64,000 nucleotides of DNA from assembly GCA_963754925.1 (NCBI GenBank), contig CAVWHX010000005.1, positions 128,001-192,000 on the forward strand, given 5' to 3'. The DNA comes from an uncultured delta proteobacterium (GTDB taxonomy: Bacteria; Myxococcota; B64-G9). Of this stretch, positions 1-9,820 are shown one piece after another (position 1 is the stretch's first letter; each line of letters begins with the position of its first letter). The notes beneath the pieces are model-generated. The model was not told where the DNA came from and made no database searches. It saw only the letters and a program-made list of their open reading frames with translations. The position numbers and the translations under genes are program-made.

Positions 1-187
1 TCAATTGGCCGGCGCGTGAAATGTAGCCTTTGCGAACCAGCGCCTTCAGGTGATCGTTGACCCCGTTGGTTGAGCGGATGCCCATGTGATCGCACATCTC
101 CCGTATGGATGGCGGGTAGCCGTGCACGAGGATGTGATCTTTAATATGATTAAGTAACTCTTCCTGACGTTCGGTAAGAGCCTCCAT
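1..187 (-). CDS. lexA: LexA repressor, N-terminal DNA-binding domain (runs off the window edge)
   Basis: Hand translation from ATG at 187: [56 protein letters not shown], the LexA winged-HTH pattern. Absent from the ORF track because it is truncated. Confidence 0.93.
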   Translation of the reverse strand, partial: MEALTERQEELLNHIKDHILVHGYPPSIREMCDHMGIRSTNGVNDHLKALVRKGYISRAGQL

Positions 188-206
188 GGATTTTCCTCCC
201 ATAGGA

Positions 207-236
207 AGTATCACTGAACGCCTGTGCAGATGTCAA
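207..236 (-). promoter_or_regulatory. lexA sigma70-type promoter (TTGACA-N18-GATACT) with a LexA box in the spacer (214-229)
   Basis: Minus strand reads TTGACA (236-231), then CTGCACAGGCGTTCAG (229-214), then GATACT (212-207). The box has one mismatch to the Myxococcus consensus CTRHAMRYBYGTTCAG. Confidence 0.75.
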
Positions 237-273
237 GAGAGAAATTGTTGATGGATTCGATAATTCCGATGGG

Positions 274-1474
274 CTACCATACCACGCCGACGGTAACGCC
301 TACTGCCGCGCCGGTTTTAGGATAATAAACGATCGGTACATCGATCTTGACCGGAAAAAGGTTCACTCCAATCCCAGTTAGGACTTTAGGTCGTACACCG
401 TCGGGTTGCTTGTTTTTCGTGGTGGCCTTGGCGGCGATCTTGCCACTGGTTATCGTCGCTCCGGCCGCGGGACTTTGAGCAATTGGAAGTTTGTCAAACA
501 CTAAGTTGCTAACGGCTACCTCACTGTTCGATCTCGAAATGATATCGGTGCTCCCGAAATTGAAGTCCACGCCGGCCCCCAGGGTAAGATTCAAAAGCCA
601 TAGGAGTTGGACCGAGGTTACGATCTCAAGCGGTATGGTAAAAGTTTTCATTACAACCCCGATGTTGACAGAGGGGTTTACCGAAAGCGACCCGGTCAAG
701 GTGTGCCCGTAACCGGTTGCTGAAAAGTTTTCTGTTATTGCATTGGAAGACACTTTATCGAGAGTCAAGTTGACCCGGTTGCTCGAATAGACAAAACCAG
801 CCCCCACGGAAAGTCCACGCCATTTGGCGAGTCCTCCGATGAGCTCCCTCCCCGCCCCGGTTGCATCGCCGGATACGTCGCGCGCCTTTACGAGGGTGTA
901 ATTAGCGCCGAAGCCTACCATGGTGCTCTTGATGCTTACTTCAGATGCAGGTTGTAAACTGAGGGTGCCAAACTTGAAATTAAGATCTAGATCGGAGAGC
1001 AGAAAATTCGCGTTGACGCCCAGGTTCAGAATGCAAACGCCGGCCGAGGCGCCGGCATAGATGTCGCCATCTTTCTTGATGACGTCTGATAATTTATCAG
1101 GGTTAAAAGTAAGAAGGATCGAGAGTCGGGGCCTGAATTCCCGCCATGACGCCGGTAGATACGGAGAAGAGAGAATAGTTTTGGTATCCCTGGATGGTCC
1201 CGGCCGAGGCGGCGTAGGCATTTGCATTGCTAAAGCCCTCTGCGAGCTTAGGGGTATAGCCATATTTACCAATCGTTTCTTCTATGCCATTCGGTCCATA
1301 TATGAGATGACTGAAGCTGGCGTCTATTACATTTTGAATTATAGGAGTTAAGTTCGTATAGGGGGCCGGTAGCGTGACGATGGGCGCGGTCGGCGTGATG
1401 GTAATCTTTCCGGCGCTCGCCGACATTGAAAAAAATAACGACACCATCAATGAAACAAATTTTAATTTTTTCAT
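274..1474 (-). CDS. Exported/outer-membrane protein resembling the spirochaete Lsa36-like surface family; one frameshift at ~1105
   Basis: Signal peptide MKKLKFVSLMVSLFFSMSASA. ORFs 1103..1540 and 274..1272 join if one T is removed (PSYF|NPDK). Alternating beta-strands and a C-terminal aromatic residue (GVTVGVVW). Confidence 0.6.
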
Positions 1475-1646
1475 GTAGTTACATTTTGCTCCAACCGTCC
1501 CCATGGACACGTCTGCCCCTTGGCGCGTCCCGTTCGGCAAGGATGTGGGTAATAGGCCTATTTCATTACCCGTGGTGAATTTGGCATGAGCGTATGCATT
1601 GAATATTTTTAGTCAAGCCAAATTTTGGAGAGTGCCGGGCAGGCTG

Positions 1647-3413
1647 TTATTTGCCTATTTTGTGACCAACGGTATCTTGTAGCTCGGCGGCGTACGCTTC
1701 GGCTGAAAGGGGGGCGCCGGTGGCGCGTTGGACAAACGCCGGCCAGGCTTTTGACATGCCGGGTGCAAAAACGTTATCAATAAAAAATTTTCCAAAATCT
1801 TTATGGCCCTTGAAGCTGAGACCAGCAGGGTCACCGATATAGTTGCTGAAGCGACTCAGCGTCGCGCGCAATTGTGCTGCAAAGAGCTCTCCCAATAAAT
1901 AGTTGTGATAGTACACCGGAGCGATGGTGAAATGCGGCTTCGCCGCCCAGTCCGGGGCGTTGCGCTGGGTCGGGCGTCGTATCAGTTGAAAGCGTTCGAC
2001 ATAGTCATACCAAAGGCGGTTGAGGTCAGAATCAGGATTTTCGTAGAGCGCCTTCTCGAAGTACAGCATGACCATGGCAAAGCGCGCAAAGATCAATTGG
2101 GCACGGCGGCGCTGTTCAAGCAGCACCTGACGCATGGCGCCGACGCGTCGCGTGGAGGCGCCGGCATAGTCGACAAGCCACGTCGGGTTTTTGGCCAGGG
2201 CGCCGAATAGCATGGCCACGCCTTCGGTGGTGAAGATATGGGCCGCTTCGCGCAGGTTGTACGGCAGCGATCGATCGATATACTTGTAGTAGGCCGCGTG
2301 GCCGGACTCGTGCAGCATGGTTTCCATCCACTCGGCGGTGGGTTTGACGTTGAGGAGCATGCGGATGTCGCCCAAGCGATTCATGGTAGTGCAAAAGGCG
2401 TGTTGGTTTTTGCCGCTGCGCTCAAAAAAATCCGATTGCTTGGCCACATCGTCTATGGGTAATCCGATATCGGCATAGAATTGCGTCCCAAGCCGGACAA
2501 GGTGCTCCTTGCTCATCTTGTCGTAGAACTCATCCGGATCAACATGCTTCGTGGGCGGCGCGTTCTGGAAGAACGGATCATCATAGTGCCAGGGCATGAG
2601 CTGTCCCGGTTTTACCTTGAACTTCCGCGCAAGCTCTTCATCAAGTTGAGATTTCATCTGTCGAAATGGTTCATCGGTCAACTGGACCAATTGAGCGAAG
2701 AGATCTAACAGCGTGGTGGGATCGTACTCCTGAAGGCGGATTTGCATCTCCCAATAATTTGCGTACCCGAGCGTTCGCGCGGCCTCGTTGCGCACCTTGG
2801 CGAGCGCGGTGAGTTTTACTCCGACCTCGGTTCCAACCGCTTTGAGCGCCTCCCACAGTGCCTGTCGTTTGGCGGAGTTTTTCTCATGCGCAAGCATCTC
2901 AAGCAGGTCGTTGTTTGACAGCTTTTTGCCCCTTAGGGTAGCCCGATAGGTGTCGAATGTTTGCTCAATCTCGGACGCTGCCGTGACCATGCGCTCGATA
3001 AGTTCTCGGGGGAGCTGGTTGCCCATAAAGGCGAGCTGCGCGACCTCGAGCGAGCGAGCCACGAGCGGTTCGAGCGAATCTTTGTAGGTTATGATCTGCT
3101 TGAGCTCGGCGTAGCGATCGGCGTCGCGATGCAATAGCCTCAACGCCAGGTCGGCGGCGGCGTATGCGTCAAAATCTTCTTTCAGGCCCGAGTTTGCGGC
3201 CTTCCAGTAGGCGGTTGACTGCTCGAGTTCGAGTCTGCTCAGATCATTATAGTACCTGCTCAAAAAGGCTTGGGCCGTGGCCCGACGCTCAGCCGGGGTC
3301 AGCGCCTTCGAGATAGTTGACAGGGGGGCGTTTGCACTATTTTTACCGCAGCCAAAGAGGCAGGTGCCGAACAATGCTAAGGCCAAGCAAAAAGCAATAA
3401 GTTCACCGCGCAT
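1647..3413 (-). CDS. M2/M3-type zinc metallopeptidase (peptidyl-dipeptidase A-like), lipoprotein
   Basis: HESGH zinc motif, downstream FTTEG glutamate, PVYYHNY motif, lipobox LFGC. Confidence 0.85.
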   Translation of the reverse strand: MRGELIAFCLALALFGTCLFGCGKNSANAPLSTISKALTPAERRATAQAFLSRYYNDLSRLELEQSTAYWKAANSGLKEDFDAYAAADLALRLLHRDADRYAELKQIITYKDSLEPLVARSLEVAQLAFMGNQLPRELIERMVTAASEIEQTFDTYRATLRGKKLSNNDLLEMLAHEKNSAKRQALWEALKAVGTEVGVKLTALAKVRNEAARTLGYANYWEMQIRLQEYDPTTLLDLFAQLVQLTDEPFRQMKSQLDEELARKFKVKPGQLMPWHYDDPFFQNAPPTKHVDPDEFYDKMSKEHLVRLGTQFYADIGLPIDDVAKQSDFFERSGKNQHAFCTTMNRLGDIRMLLNVKPTAEWMETMLHESGHAAYYKYIDRSLPYNLREAAHIFTTEGVAMLFGALAKNPTWLVDYAGASTRRVGAMRQVLLEQRRRAQLIFARFAMVMLYFEKALYENPDSDLNRLWYDYVERFQLIRRPTQRNAPDWAAKPHFTIAPVYYHNYLLGELFAAQLRATLSRFSNYIGDPAGLSFKGHKDFGKFFIDNVFAPGMSKAWPAFVQRATGAPLSAEAYAAELQDTVGHKIGK

Positions 3414-3485
3414 AGGAGCTCCTTTTGAATATACTTAAACACCTCCTACACGACCGGTGTGCGTTTGTCCATGGTTTGGGTTCAT

Positions 3486-3509
3486 AAAAAACCGGGCGTA
3501 CGGCCCGGT
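3486..3509 (-). terminator. Rho-independent terminator after the HU gene
   Basis: Stem ACCGGGC/GCCCGGT followed by a T6 run on the minus strand. Confidence 0.75.
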
Positions 3510-3535
3510 CTTGTTGACTGACGGCGCGTCCGAGG

Positions 3536-3844
3536 TTACTTCTTTTTTGGCGGAACGATGGCGTCTTTGCAGGACTTGGCCAGTCGCATCTTCACAACGG
3601 TTTTGGCCGGGATCTTGATCGCCTCGCCGGTTGCGGGGTTGCGGCCCATGCGTGCTTTGCGATTCGAGAGCACCATCTTGCCGATACCCGGAAGAATGAA
3701 GGACCCGACCCGCTTGGTCTGAGCCACGGCTAAATTAGTCAGCTCGTTAAGCAACTCGGAAACGACCTTCTTGGGCATTTCAAACTTCTCGGCAAAATGG
3801 CTCACGATCTGGGCTTTGGTAATCGGTTTCTTGGACTCGGACAT
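3536..3844 (-). CDS. hup: HU/IHF family DNA-binding protein
   Basis: RKARMGRNPATGEAIKIPAK signature, basic, ~102 aa. Confidence 0.92.
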   Translation of the reverse strand: MSESKKPITKAQIVSHFAEKFEMPKKVVSELLNELTNLAVAQTKRVGSFILPGIGKMVLSNRKARMGRNPATGEAIKIPAKTVVKMRLAKSCKDAIVPPKKK

Positions 3845-4089
3845 GGTATCTCCTCTCATTGGTCAAAAAAATTGGTTTGAAAGTTAAACAATCCCGCACC
3901 TTTTTACAAGAAGCTTTCCCGAGATTTTCGTAGTTACCGTCAAAGGCGGGAGAAGCATAGTAAGGATTTTGGTGCCTGTCAACAGCGATATTCAATATGG
4001 TGCTCGGTAATGAGCGATGGGTGGTTGTTGGGGAGAGCTTAAACGATGAAGATTGACAGCCGTGGCCTGAATGGAAAACACTCACCCCT

Positions 4090-5604
4090 ATGAGCACGCT
4101 GTCTGAATTATACCGACCGTCGTTGGCGCTGTTGACCGATCTCTACCAGCTCACCATGGCCTACGGCTATTGGAAGCTGGGACTTGCCGATCGCGAGGCG
4201 GTTTTCCATATGTCGTTTCGTAGCAACCCCTTTCGGGGCGGCTACACCCTGGCGTGTGGTTTAGAGAGCGTGCTGGATTATATCGAGGCGTTTCGTTTCG
4301 AACGTGACGATCTTATCTACCTCGCCACGCTGGTGGGTCACGACGGGCAAGCGCTCTTCGCCCAAGAATTTCTTGATTATCTTGCGGCGCTCCGGCTCAC
4401 CTGCGCTGTTGACGCCATACCCGAGGGCACCGTCGTTTTCCCCGGCGAGCCTCTGCTGCGGGTCCAAGGTCCAATCCTGCAAGGCCAGTTGCTTGAGACC
4501 CCGCTTTTGAACCTGCTCAATTTTCAGAGCTTGATCGCAACCAAGGCCGCGCGCATCTGTTCGGTGACCAAAAACGATCCGGTGCTTGAATTCGGCCTGC
4601 GGCGCGCTCAAGGAATCGATGGGGCCCTCTCGGCCAGCCGCGCGGCGTATGTCGGCGGGGTGGCGGCGACCTCCAATGTGCTGGCCGGACGGCTCTTCGG
4701 CATCCCCGTCCGCGGCACCCACGCCCATAGCTGGGTGATGTTGTTCGACGATGAGCTAGAGTCGTTCCGAGCGTTCGCACAAGCCATGCCCAACAATTGC
4801 ACCTTTGTGGTCGACACCTACGATACCCTCACCGGCGTGCGGCGAGCGGCGCAGGTCGGGCGCGAGCTTGCGGCGCAGGGGCGTACGCTCGCGGGTGTGC
4901 GTCTTGACTCAGGCGACCTGGCCTATCTGAGTATCGAAGCCCGCAAGATCCTCGACGCAGCCGGCCTGAAAGATACCGTGATCATGGGCACAAACGATCT
5001 CGACGAAACGATCATCCAGAGCCTCAAGCAACAGGGTGCAACGATCGGCGTGTGGGGGGTTGGCACCCGCCTGGCGACCGGCTACGATCAACCGGCGTTG
5101 GGAGGGGTATACAAGCTTTCCGCAGTCCGCGGCCGCGATCGGCGCTGGAACTATAAGTTGAAACTCTCTGAACAGGTTATTAAAGTTTCATTGCCGGGTT
5201 TGTTACAGGTTCGTCGCTATCAAGATGCGAACGGTTTTTGCGGCGATATGATAGTTAACCAGGAGCACCCTCCAACCGGAGACTGCCAGATGATGGATCC
5301 GGTTGACGACACTCGGAGGCGGGAATTCGCGGGCACCATGCCGTATGAAGACCTCTTGGTGCCGGTGCTGCGCGACGGGGCGTGTGTCTACCCGCGGCCG
5401 TCGCTGAACGCTATGCGGACCCGTGCGGCCGATCAGCTGGCTCGATGCCACACCGGGATCAAGCGATTGCTCAATCCCCATCGCTATCCGGTGGGTCTTG
5501 AGCAGGGATTGTATCGATTGAGGAACGAATTGATATTGAAAGCGCGCCATCAGTCGGGAAGCGGAGCGTCAGGCGACCCGCTCGCGCCGGGAGGAGTGGA
5601 TTGA
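4090..5604 (+). CDS. pncB: Nicotinate phosphoribosyltransferase
   Basis: LLTDLYQLTM, EFGLRRAQG, GTHAHSWV, VDTYDT and GVRLDSGDL motifs. Confidence 0.95.
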   Translation: MSTLSELYRPSLALLTDLYQLTMAYGYWKLGLADREAVFHMSFRSNPFRGGYTLACGLESVLDYIEAFRFERDDLIYLATLVGHDGQALFAQEFLDYLAALRLTCAVDAIPEGTVVFPGEPLLRVQGPILQGQLLETPLLNLLNFQSLIATKAARICSVTKNDPVLEFGLRRAQGIDGALSASRAAYVGGVAATSNVLAGRLFGIPVRGTHAHSWVMLFDDELESFRAFAQAMPNNCTFVVDTYDTLTGVRRAAQVGRELAAQGRTLAGVRLDSGDLAYLSIEARKILDAAGLKDTVIMGTNDLDETIIQSLKQQGATIGVWGVGTRLATGYDQPALGGVYKLSAVRGRDRRWNYKLKLSEQVIKVSLPGLLQVRRYQDANGFCGDMIVNQEHPPTGDCQMMDPVDDTRRREFAGTMPYEDLLVPVLRDGACVYPRPSLNAMRTRAADQLARCHTGIKRLLNPHRYPVGLEQGLYRLRNELILKARHQSGSGASGDPLAPGGVD

Positions 5605-6988
5605 GCGCCCGCATAGCTCTCTATGGCGGCAGCTTTAACCCGCCTGGTCGGCACCATCGCGCCCTGGTGGAACGTTTGGCTCAGGAGTTCGATCGGGTGG
5701 TGATCGTGCCCTGCGGTCCGCGCCCGGATAAATCCACCACGAGTGACATCGAGCCGATCCACCGCGCGAGCCTGGCCGATCTTGCCTTTGGGGATCTTCC
5801 GAACGTCCAGGTTGAGCTGTTCGACCTCGAGCAATCCACCTTTACGCGCACGGTGGATCTCGAACACAAGTTTAGTGACTTGGGTGAGCTATGGCACGTG
5901 ATCGGCGCCGATCAACTCGCACGCGGCCCTGACGGCCTCAACGCCATCCAATGTGAATGGCAGGCAGGCAAAGAAATATGGCAGCAGTTGAAGTTCGCGG
6001 TCGTCACCCGGCCCGAATACCCTCTGGTGCCGGATGAGTTGCCGCGGCACCATCAGCTCTTCACCTGGAGCCTCCCCGGGGCGAGCTCGCTCATCCGCGA
6101 ACGAATTTTTAAGCGTGAGCCGGTCGGCGACGTAGTAAGCCCGGAGGTTGAGCGCTACATCCAACGATATGGTTTGTACAGCGGCCGCCCCCCGAGCGGG
6201 TCAGCCAAATTTCGATTGCCGATCCCCGCATCATGTTGCTGGTTAATGAAGAGATCCCCATCGCCCGCGAGATGGGAGCGGCGCTCGAACGTTTCATTGA
6301 CCCGCGACAACCGAACCTTATCGCAGTCGTGGGCGGCGACGGCACTATGTTGCACGCCATCCGCAAATACTGGCGCAAGCGCCTACCGTTCTTTGGGATC
6401 AACGCCGGACACCTGGGATTCTTGCTCAATGAGCTCACCTCGGTAGACAATCTACCCGCGAGCACGGCCGGGCTCATCGTCCAGCAGTTGCCCCTGCTGT
6501 GGGTCGAGACCGAGAACACCCGGGGAGAAATCCAACGCTCACTGGCCTTCAATGATGCCTGGGTGGAGCGGGGTTCGGGACAGAGCGCTCGGATCGAGGT
6601 GCGGGTCAACGGGAAGCCGCGCATTGCTTCGATGGTGGCCGATGGGGCCTTGTTGGCTACCGCGGCTGGTTCAACAGCCTATGCGCACGCTATCGGTGCA
6701 ACGCCGGTTCCGATCGGCACCCCCGTGCTGATTCTGGCGGGATCGAATGTCGTCAGACCCCAAGGGTGGAGATCGGCGGTGCTGCCGCTGGATGCCGAGG
6801 TTGAGTTTTGTTCGCAAGACCCGGAGGGACGGCCGTTGCGGGGATTCGTTGACGGCGTCGATCAGGGAACCATGGTGCGGCTCCGTGCTCGGATGAGCCG
6901 CATTGCAGCCGCCGAGCTGGCGTTTCTGCCCAACCATGATATGGCCGAAAAGCTGGCGCACATCCAATTTCCCCCGCAGCAACGTTAA
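5601..6988 (+). CDS. nadD-nadK: Fused nicotinate-nucleotide adenylyltransferase (NadD) and NAD kinase (NadK); -1 frameshift in the C6 run at 6188-6193
   Basis: N-terminal half has GGSFNPP, IGADQ, SSLIRERI and YIQRYGLY. C-terminal half has GGDGT, GINAGHLGFL, FND and DG...TAAGSTAY. The -1 frame is open from the C run (PERVSQISIADPRIMLLV) into the kinase ORF. TTGA overlap with pncB. Confidence 0.8.
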
Positions 6989-6992
6989 CCGG

Positions 6993-7799
6993 CTAGAAGT
7001 TTTCGTATAACAGCGGCTCGCGCTCCCGAATGAAACGGATGATCGCGTCGTGATCCGCTTGCGCGAGGGTCAAAAACTGCACCCCAATACCCGGGGCGAG
7101 ATCGGAGGTGAACTTATTGTATTCGCGGTGCCAACGCACCACTCCCAGAGTCTTAATCGGCGGGTGGCGGGGGAGCGAGATGGTCAGCTCGATCTCAGTG
7201 CCGAGCGCCGGCACCTCATAGGTGGCGATGAACAAGCCGCCTTCGGAAAGGTTTTCGGTCAGGCCGGTATAGAAGTTGTGCTCGGTGTGCATCGATACAT
7301 CGACCGCCACCGCCAGGCGGGGGTGCACACGATTGTTCCGCTTGTCGGGAGCATCGGTTGCTTTGGCTGCCGTTTTTGGCTGCGCAACCTCCAGAGAAAA
7401 CGAGGCTTCTTTTTGAGAGTCATCGAATGCGCGCTGCTCCTCCTGGCGCGCTCGGCGCTGGTCGATTTGATCCATTTGCGCCTGAAAAGCCTCACATTCC
7501 TTCGCAAGCTTTTTGCGCTGCGTGATGATGCGCGTACGATGGTCGCCGATTGCTTGAGCCTCAGCCTGCAGCTCCTTCTTGCGTTTCTGAAGGTTGGCCT
7601 CTTCGGCGGCGAGCGCGCGAATCCGTTCCTCAAGCTTGGCCGCTTGAGCATTGATTCCGCCATCTTCCTCATCCAACTGTTGGCCAGTCTGGTCGAGCGC
7701 GTGGACCTGCGTTTCAATCCGGTCTCGCTCGGCCTGGAGCTGAACCAGCATTTGATCGATGGCTGCGGATGGTGGCGAAGTATCTGTGTTCCTAGGCAT
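6993..7799 (-). CDS. Coiled-coil plus PilZ domain protein (myxobacterial TIGR02266-like)
   Basis: RVHPR, HNFYTGLTENLSEGGLFIAT and GIGVQF motifs; heptad-rich N-terminus. Confidence 0.85.
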   Translation of the reverse strand: MPRNTDTSPPSAAIDQMLVQLQAERDRIETQVHALDQTGQQLDEEDGGINAQAAKLEERIRALAAEEANLQKRKKELQAEAQAIGDHRTRIITQRKKLAKECEAFQAQMDQIDQRRARQEEQRAFDDSQKEASFSLEVAQPKTAAKATDAPDKRNNRVHPRLAVAVDVSMHTEHNFYTGLTENLSEGGLFIATYEVPALGTEIELTISLPRHPPIKTLGVVRWHREYNKFTSDLAPGIGVQFLTLAQADHDAIIRFIREREPLLYENF

Positions 7800-7989
7800 T
7801 GCATCCCCTCCAGACGAAAGAAACGTCTTCTCTACGTGTTATCAGGCGGTGGAGTTTTCGTACGTTTTCTCTACCACGTCTTCTTCATATAGCATGTACC
7901 AAGGTCACTGGTTGGTCAAGAACCAAACCATAGTTCTGCGGGTGAAGAGGCGTTGACAGGGAGAGCGCTGGGTGCATACGTACTGGTCT

Positions 7990-9285
7990 ATGAGTAACCG
8001 ACCCAGCCCGCCGTTGATTATTTTGTTAGCGTTGAGCTGGCTTACCGCCTGCCAACGATCAGGAACCGAGGCTGTGCCGAAAGCCGAGGCGCCGAACGCG
8101 GCCAATCAACCAAAGGCGGTTGGGTGGAACGGCGCAACAGTTTCGGCTGACCTGCCCCCGGGGCCATCGGAGCCCATTGTTGAGTCGGCGCTCGTCGAAC
8201 CAACCGATACCATCTATGTGGTAATCGCGGGAATGGCTGCCACAAAGGATGCGATTGAAACCATATATCGCACCGTAACCACGGTACCCGCGGTGCCGGT
8301 GGGGTATCCGGCGCTGGAGCAGTCGGTGAGCCTTTTGGGAGTGGGGGAAGGCACGCTCGTGCTGGCGGGTAAGTATTTGACCGCTGGGCCTGCCGCTGGT
8401 TTGCGGGACGCGTTAGAAAAAGCAGGAGTCGCCAAAGCCCAGGTGGTGACCGTGCCCTATCGTCACGACCGCTACCGGCCGGCCCTCAACGATACCTCCG
8501 GTGCGAAGGTTGCGGTGGTGTTCGCGGGAATGGCTGCGGTTGAGGTACCCCTTTTTTCACAGCCTTCGCTCATGGCGCCAGGGTCTGGGCAGGCGTTGCC
8601 GGATGGAGCGTTGGTAAAGGTGCTGGGCCGCGTCGAGGTCGATCGGCAGGTGTGGTTTTTGGTTGAGGGCGGCTACCTGCCGGCCGCGCGGCTCTTGCTC
8701 CACTACAACGTTTTCCCCGATGCGACCGGTCGGTATGCCGTTTATGGCATTGAGCTCGATTGCCTCCAGGGACATTGTGGTTGGGACTACTGGCTGGTCA
8801 ACCGAACCTTGTCGCAACGTCAGTTGCTCGCCGGCAACGCCGAGCGCTTGACCCATGCGTTTTCGCCGGATAGCCGATGGCTCGCCTTCGCCGTGCCGCC
8901 GGGGCAATCAATGCAGCTCACCCGCTGCGGGCAGGCCGCCGTTTTCAATCTTGGGCCGGGTATTAGCCCGAGTTGGACGGCCGGCGGCCGCATGGTGATC
9001 TTCCGACGTCCGGGAAGAAGCGGCCAGCGCGACGCAGTGGTTGTTGCGGAGACGCCTGATTGGCGGGTGCGAACCGTCCTCGACCTCGAAGGAACGCCAG
9101 CCTACCCGGATACGATCGCAGCGTATCCCCCTTCGGTTGAGGTGAGCTCGACCAAGGATACCTTGGTAACGGCGTTCTACCGGCCGATCGTCAAGGATGG
9201 CAGAACGGCAATCGAACGCCATCTCATAGAGTTTACCGTCGAGGGCGCCATTCTCAAACGGAACATTGAGCCGTTGACACAATAA
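7990..9285 (+). CDS. Hypothetical lipoprotein with a C-terminal TolB/PD40-like region
   Basis: Lipobox LTAC; AFSPDSRWLAF and PSWTAGG repeats. Confidence 0.6.
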   Translation: MSNRPSPPLIILLALSWLTACQRSGTEAVPKAEAPNAANQPKAVGWNGATVSADLPPGPSEPIVESALVEPTDTIYVVIAGMAATKDAIETIYRTVTTVPAVPVGYPALEQSVSLLGVGEGTLVLAGKYLTAGPAAGLRDALEKAGVAKAQVVTVPYRHDRYRPALNDTSGAKVAVVFAGMAAVEVPLFSQPSLMAPGSGQALPDGALVKVLGRVEVDRQVWFLVEGGYLPAARLLLHYNVFPDATGRYAVYGIELDCLQGHCGWDYWLVNRTLSQRQLLAGNAERLTHAFSPDSRWLAFAVPPGQSMQLTRCGQAAVFNLGPGISPSWTAGGRMVIFRRPGRSGQRDAVVVAETPDWRVRTVLDLEGTPAYPDTIAAYPPSVEVSSTKDTLVTAFYRPIVKDGRTAIERHLIEFTVEGAILKRNIEPLTQ

Positions 9286-9361
9286 TATCCCCCGTATATC
9301 GTACTAACCTGTCAATCAGCATAGTGGTCGATGACCCAATATTTTACATGGAGGGGATACC

Positions 9362-9820
9362 ATGAAAAAAGCCATTGCAGGTTTTATCTCGACACCAGAT
9401 GACTTCGGCGTTTTTGTAGCGCGGGTAATGCTCAGTATTGTTTTCATTCCCCACGGCTCGCAAAAGCTTCTGGGGCTTTTTGGGGGATACGGCTTTACCG
9501 GAACGATGGAGTCGTTCACCTCAAATGGGATGCCGGCGGTTCTGGCGTTTCTCATCATAATGGCGGAGTCCCTCGGATCGCTGGCGCTGCTGGTCGGATT
9601 TTTCGGAAGATTCATGGCGTTTGGCATCGGCATGGTCATGTCGGGCGCCATACTCATGGTGCACCTACACAATGGGTTTTTCATGAATTGGTTTGGAACG
9701 CAAAAAGGCGAGGGATTTGAGTATCATCTTCTCGCGTTGGGATTGGCGCTGGTCATTATGATCAAGGGCAGCGGAAAGTTCTCGGTCGATAGACTCCTGC
9801 ACAAATTCTTAACTAACTAG
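9362..9820 (+). CDS. DoxX family membrane protein
   Basis: HGSQKLLGLFGG, FFMNW and GFEYHLL motifs; four TM segments; GGAGG RBS. Confidence 0.9.
   Translation: MKKAIAGFISTPDDFGVFVARVMLSIVFIPHGSQKLLGLFGGYGFTGTMESFTSNGMPAVLAFLIIMAESLGSLALLVGFFGRFMAFGIGMVMSGAILMVHLHNGFFMNWFGTQKGEGFEYHLLALGLALVIMIKGSGKFSVDRLLHKFLTN

Noticed and set aside
6233..6988. Stand-alone nadK starting at ATG 6233
   Set aside because: No RBS, a 214-nt overlap with the nadD frame, and the frame is open upstream to the C run; a fusion is more parsimonious.
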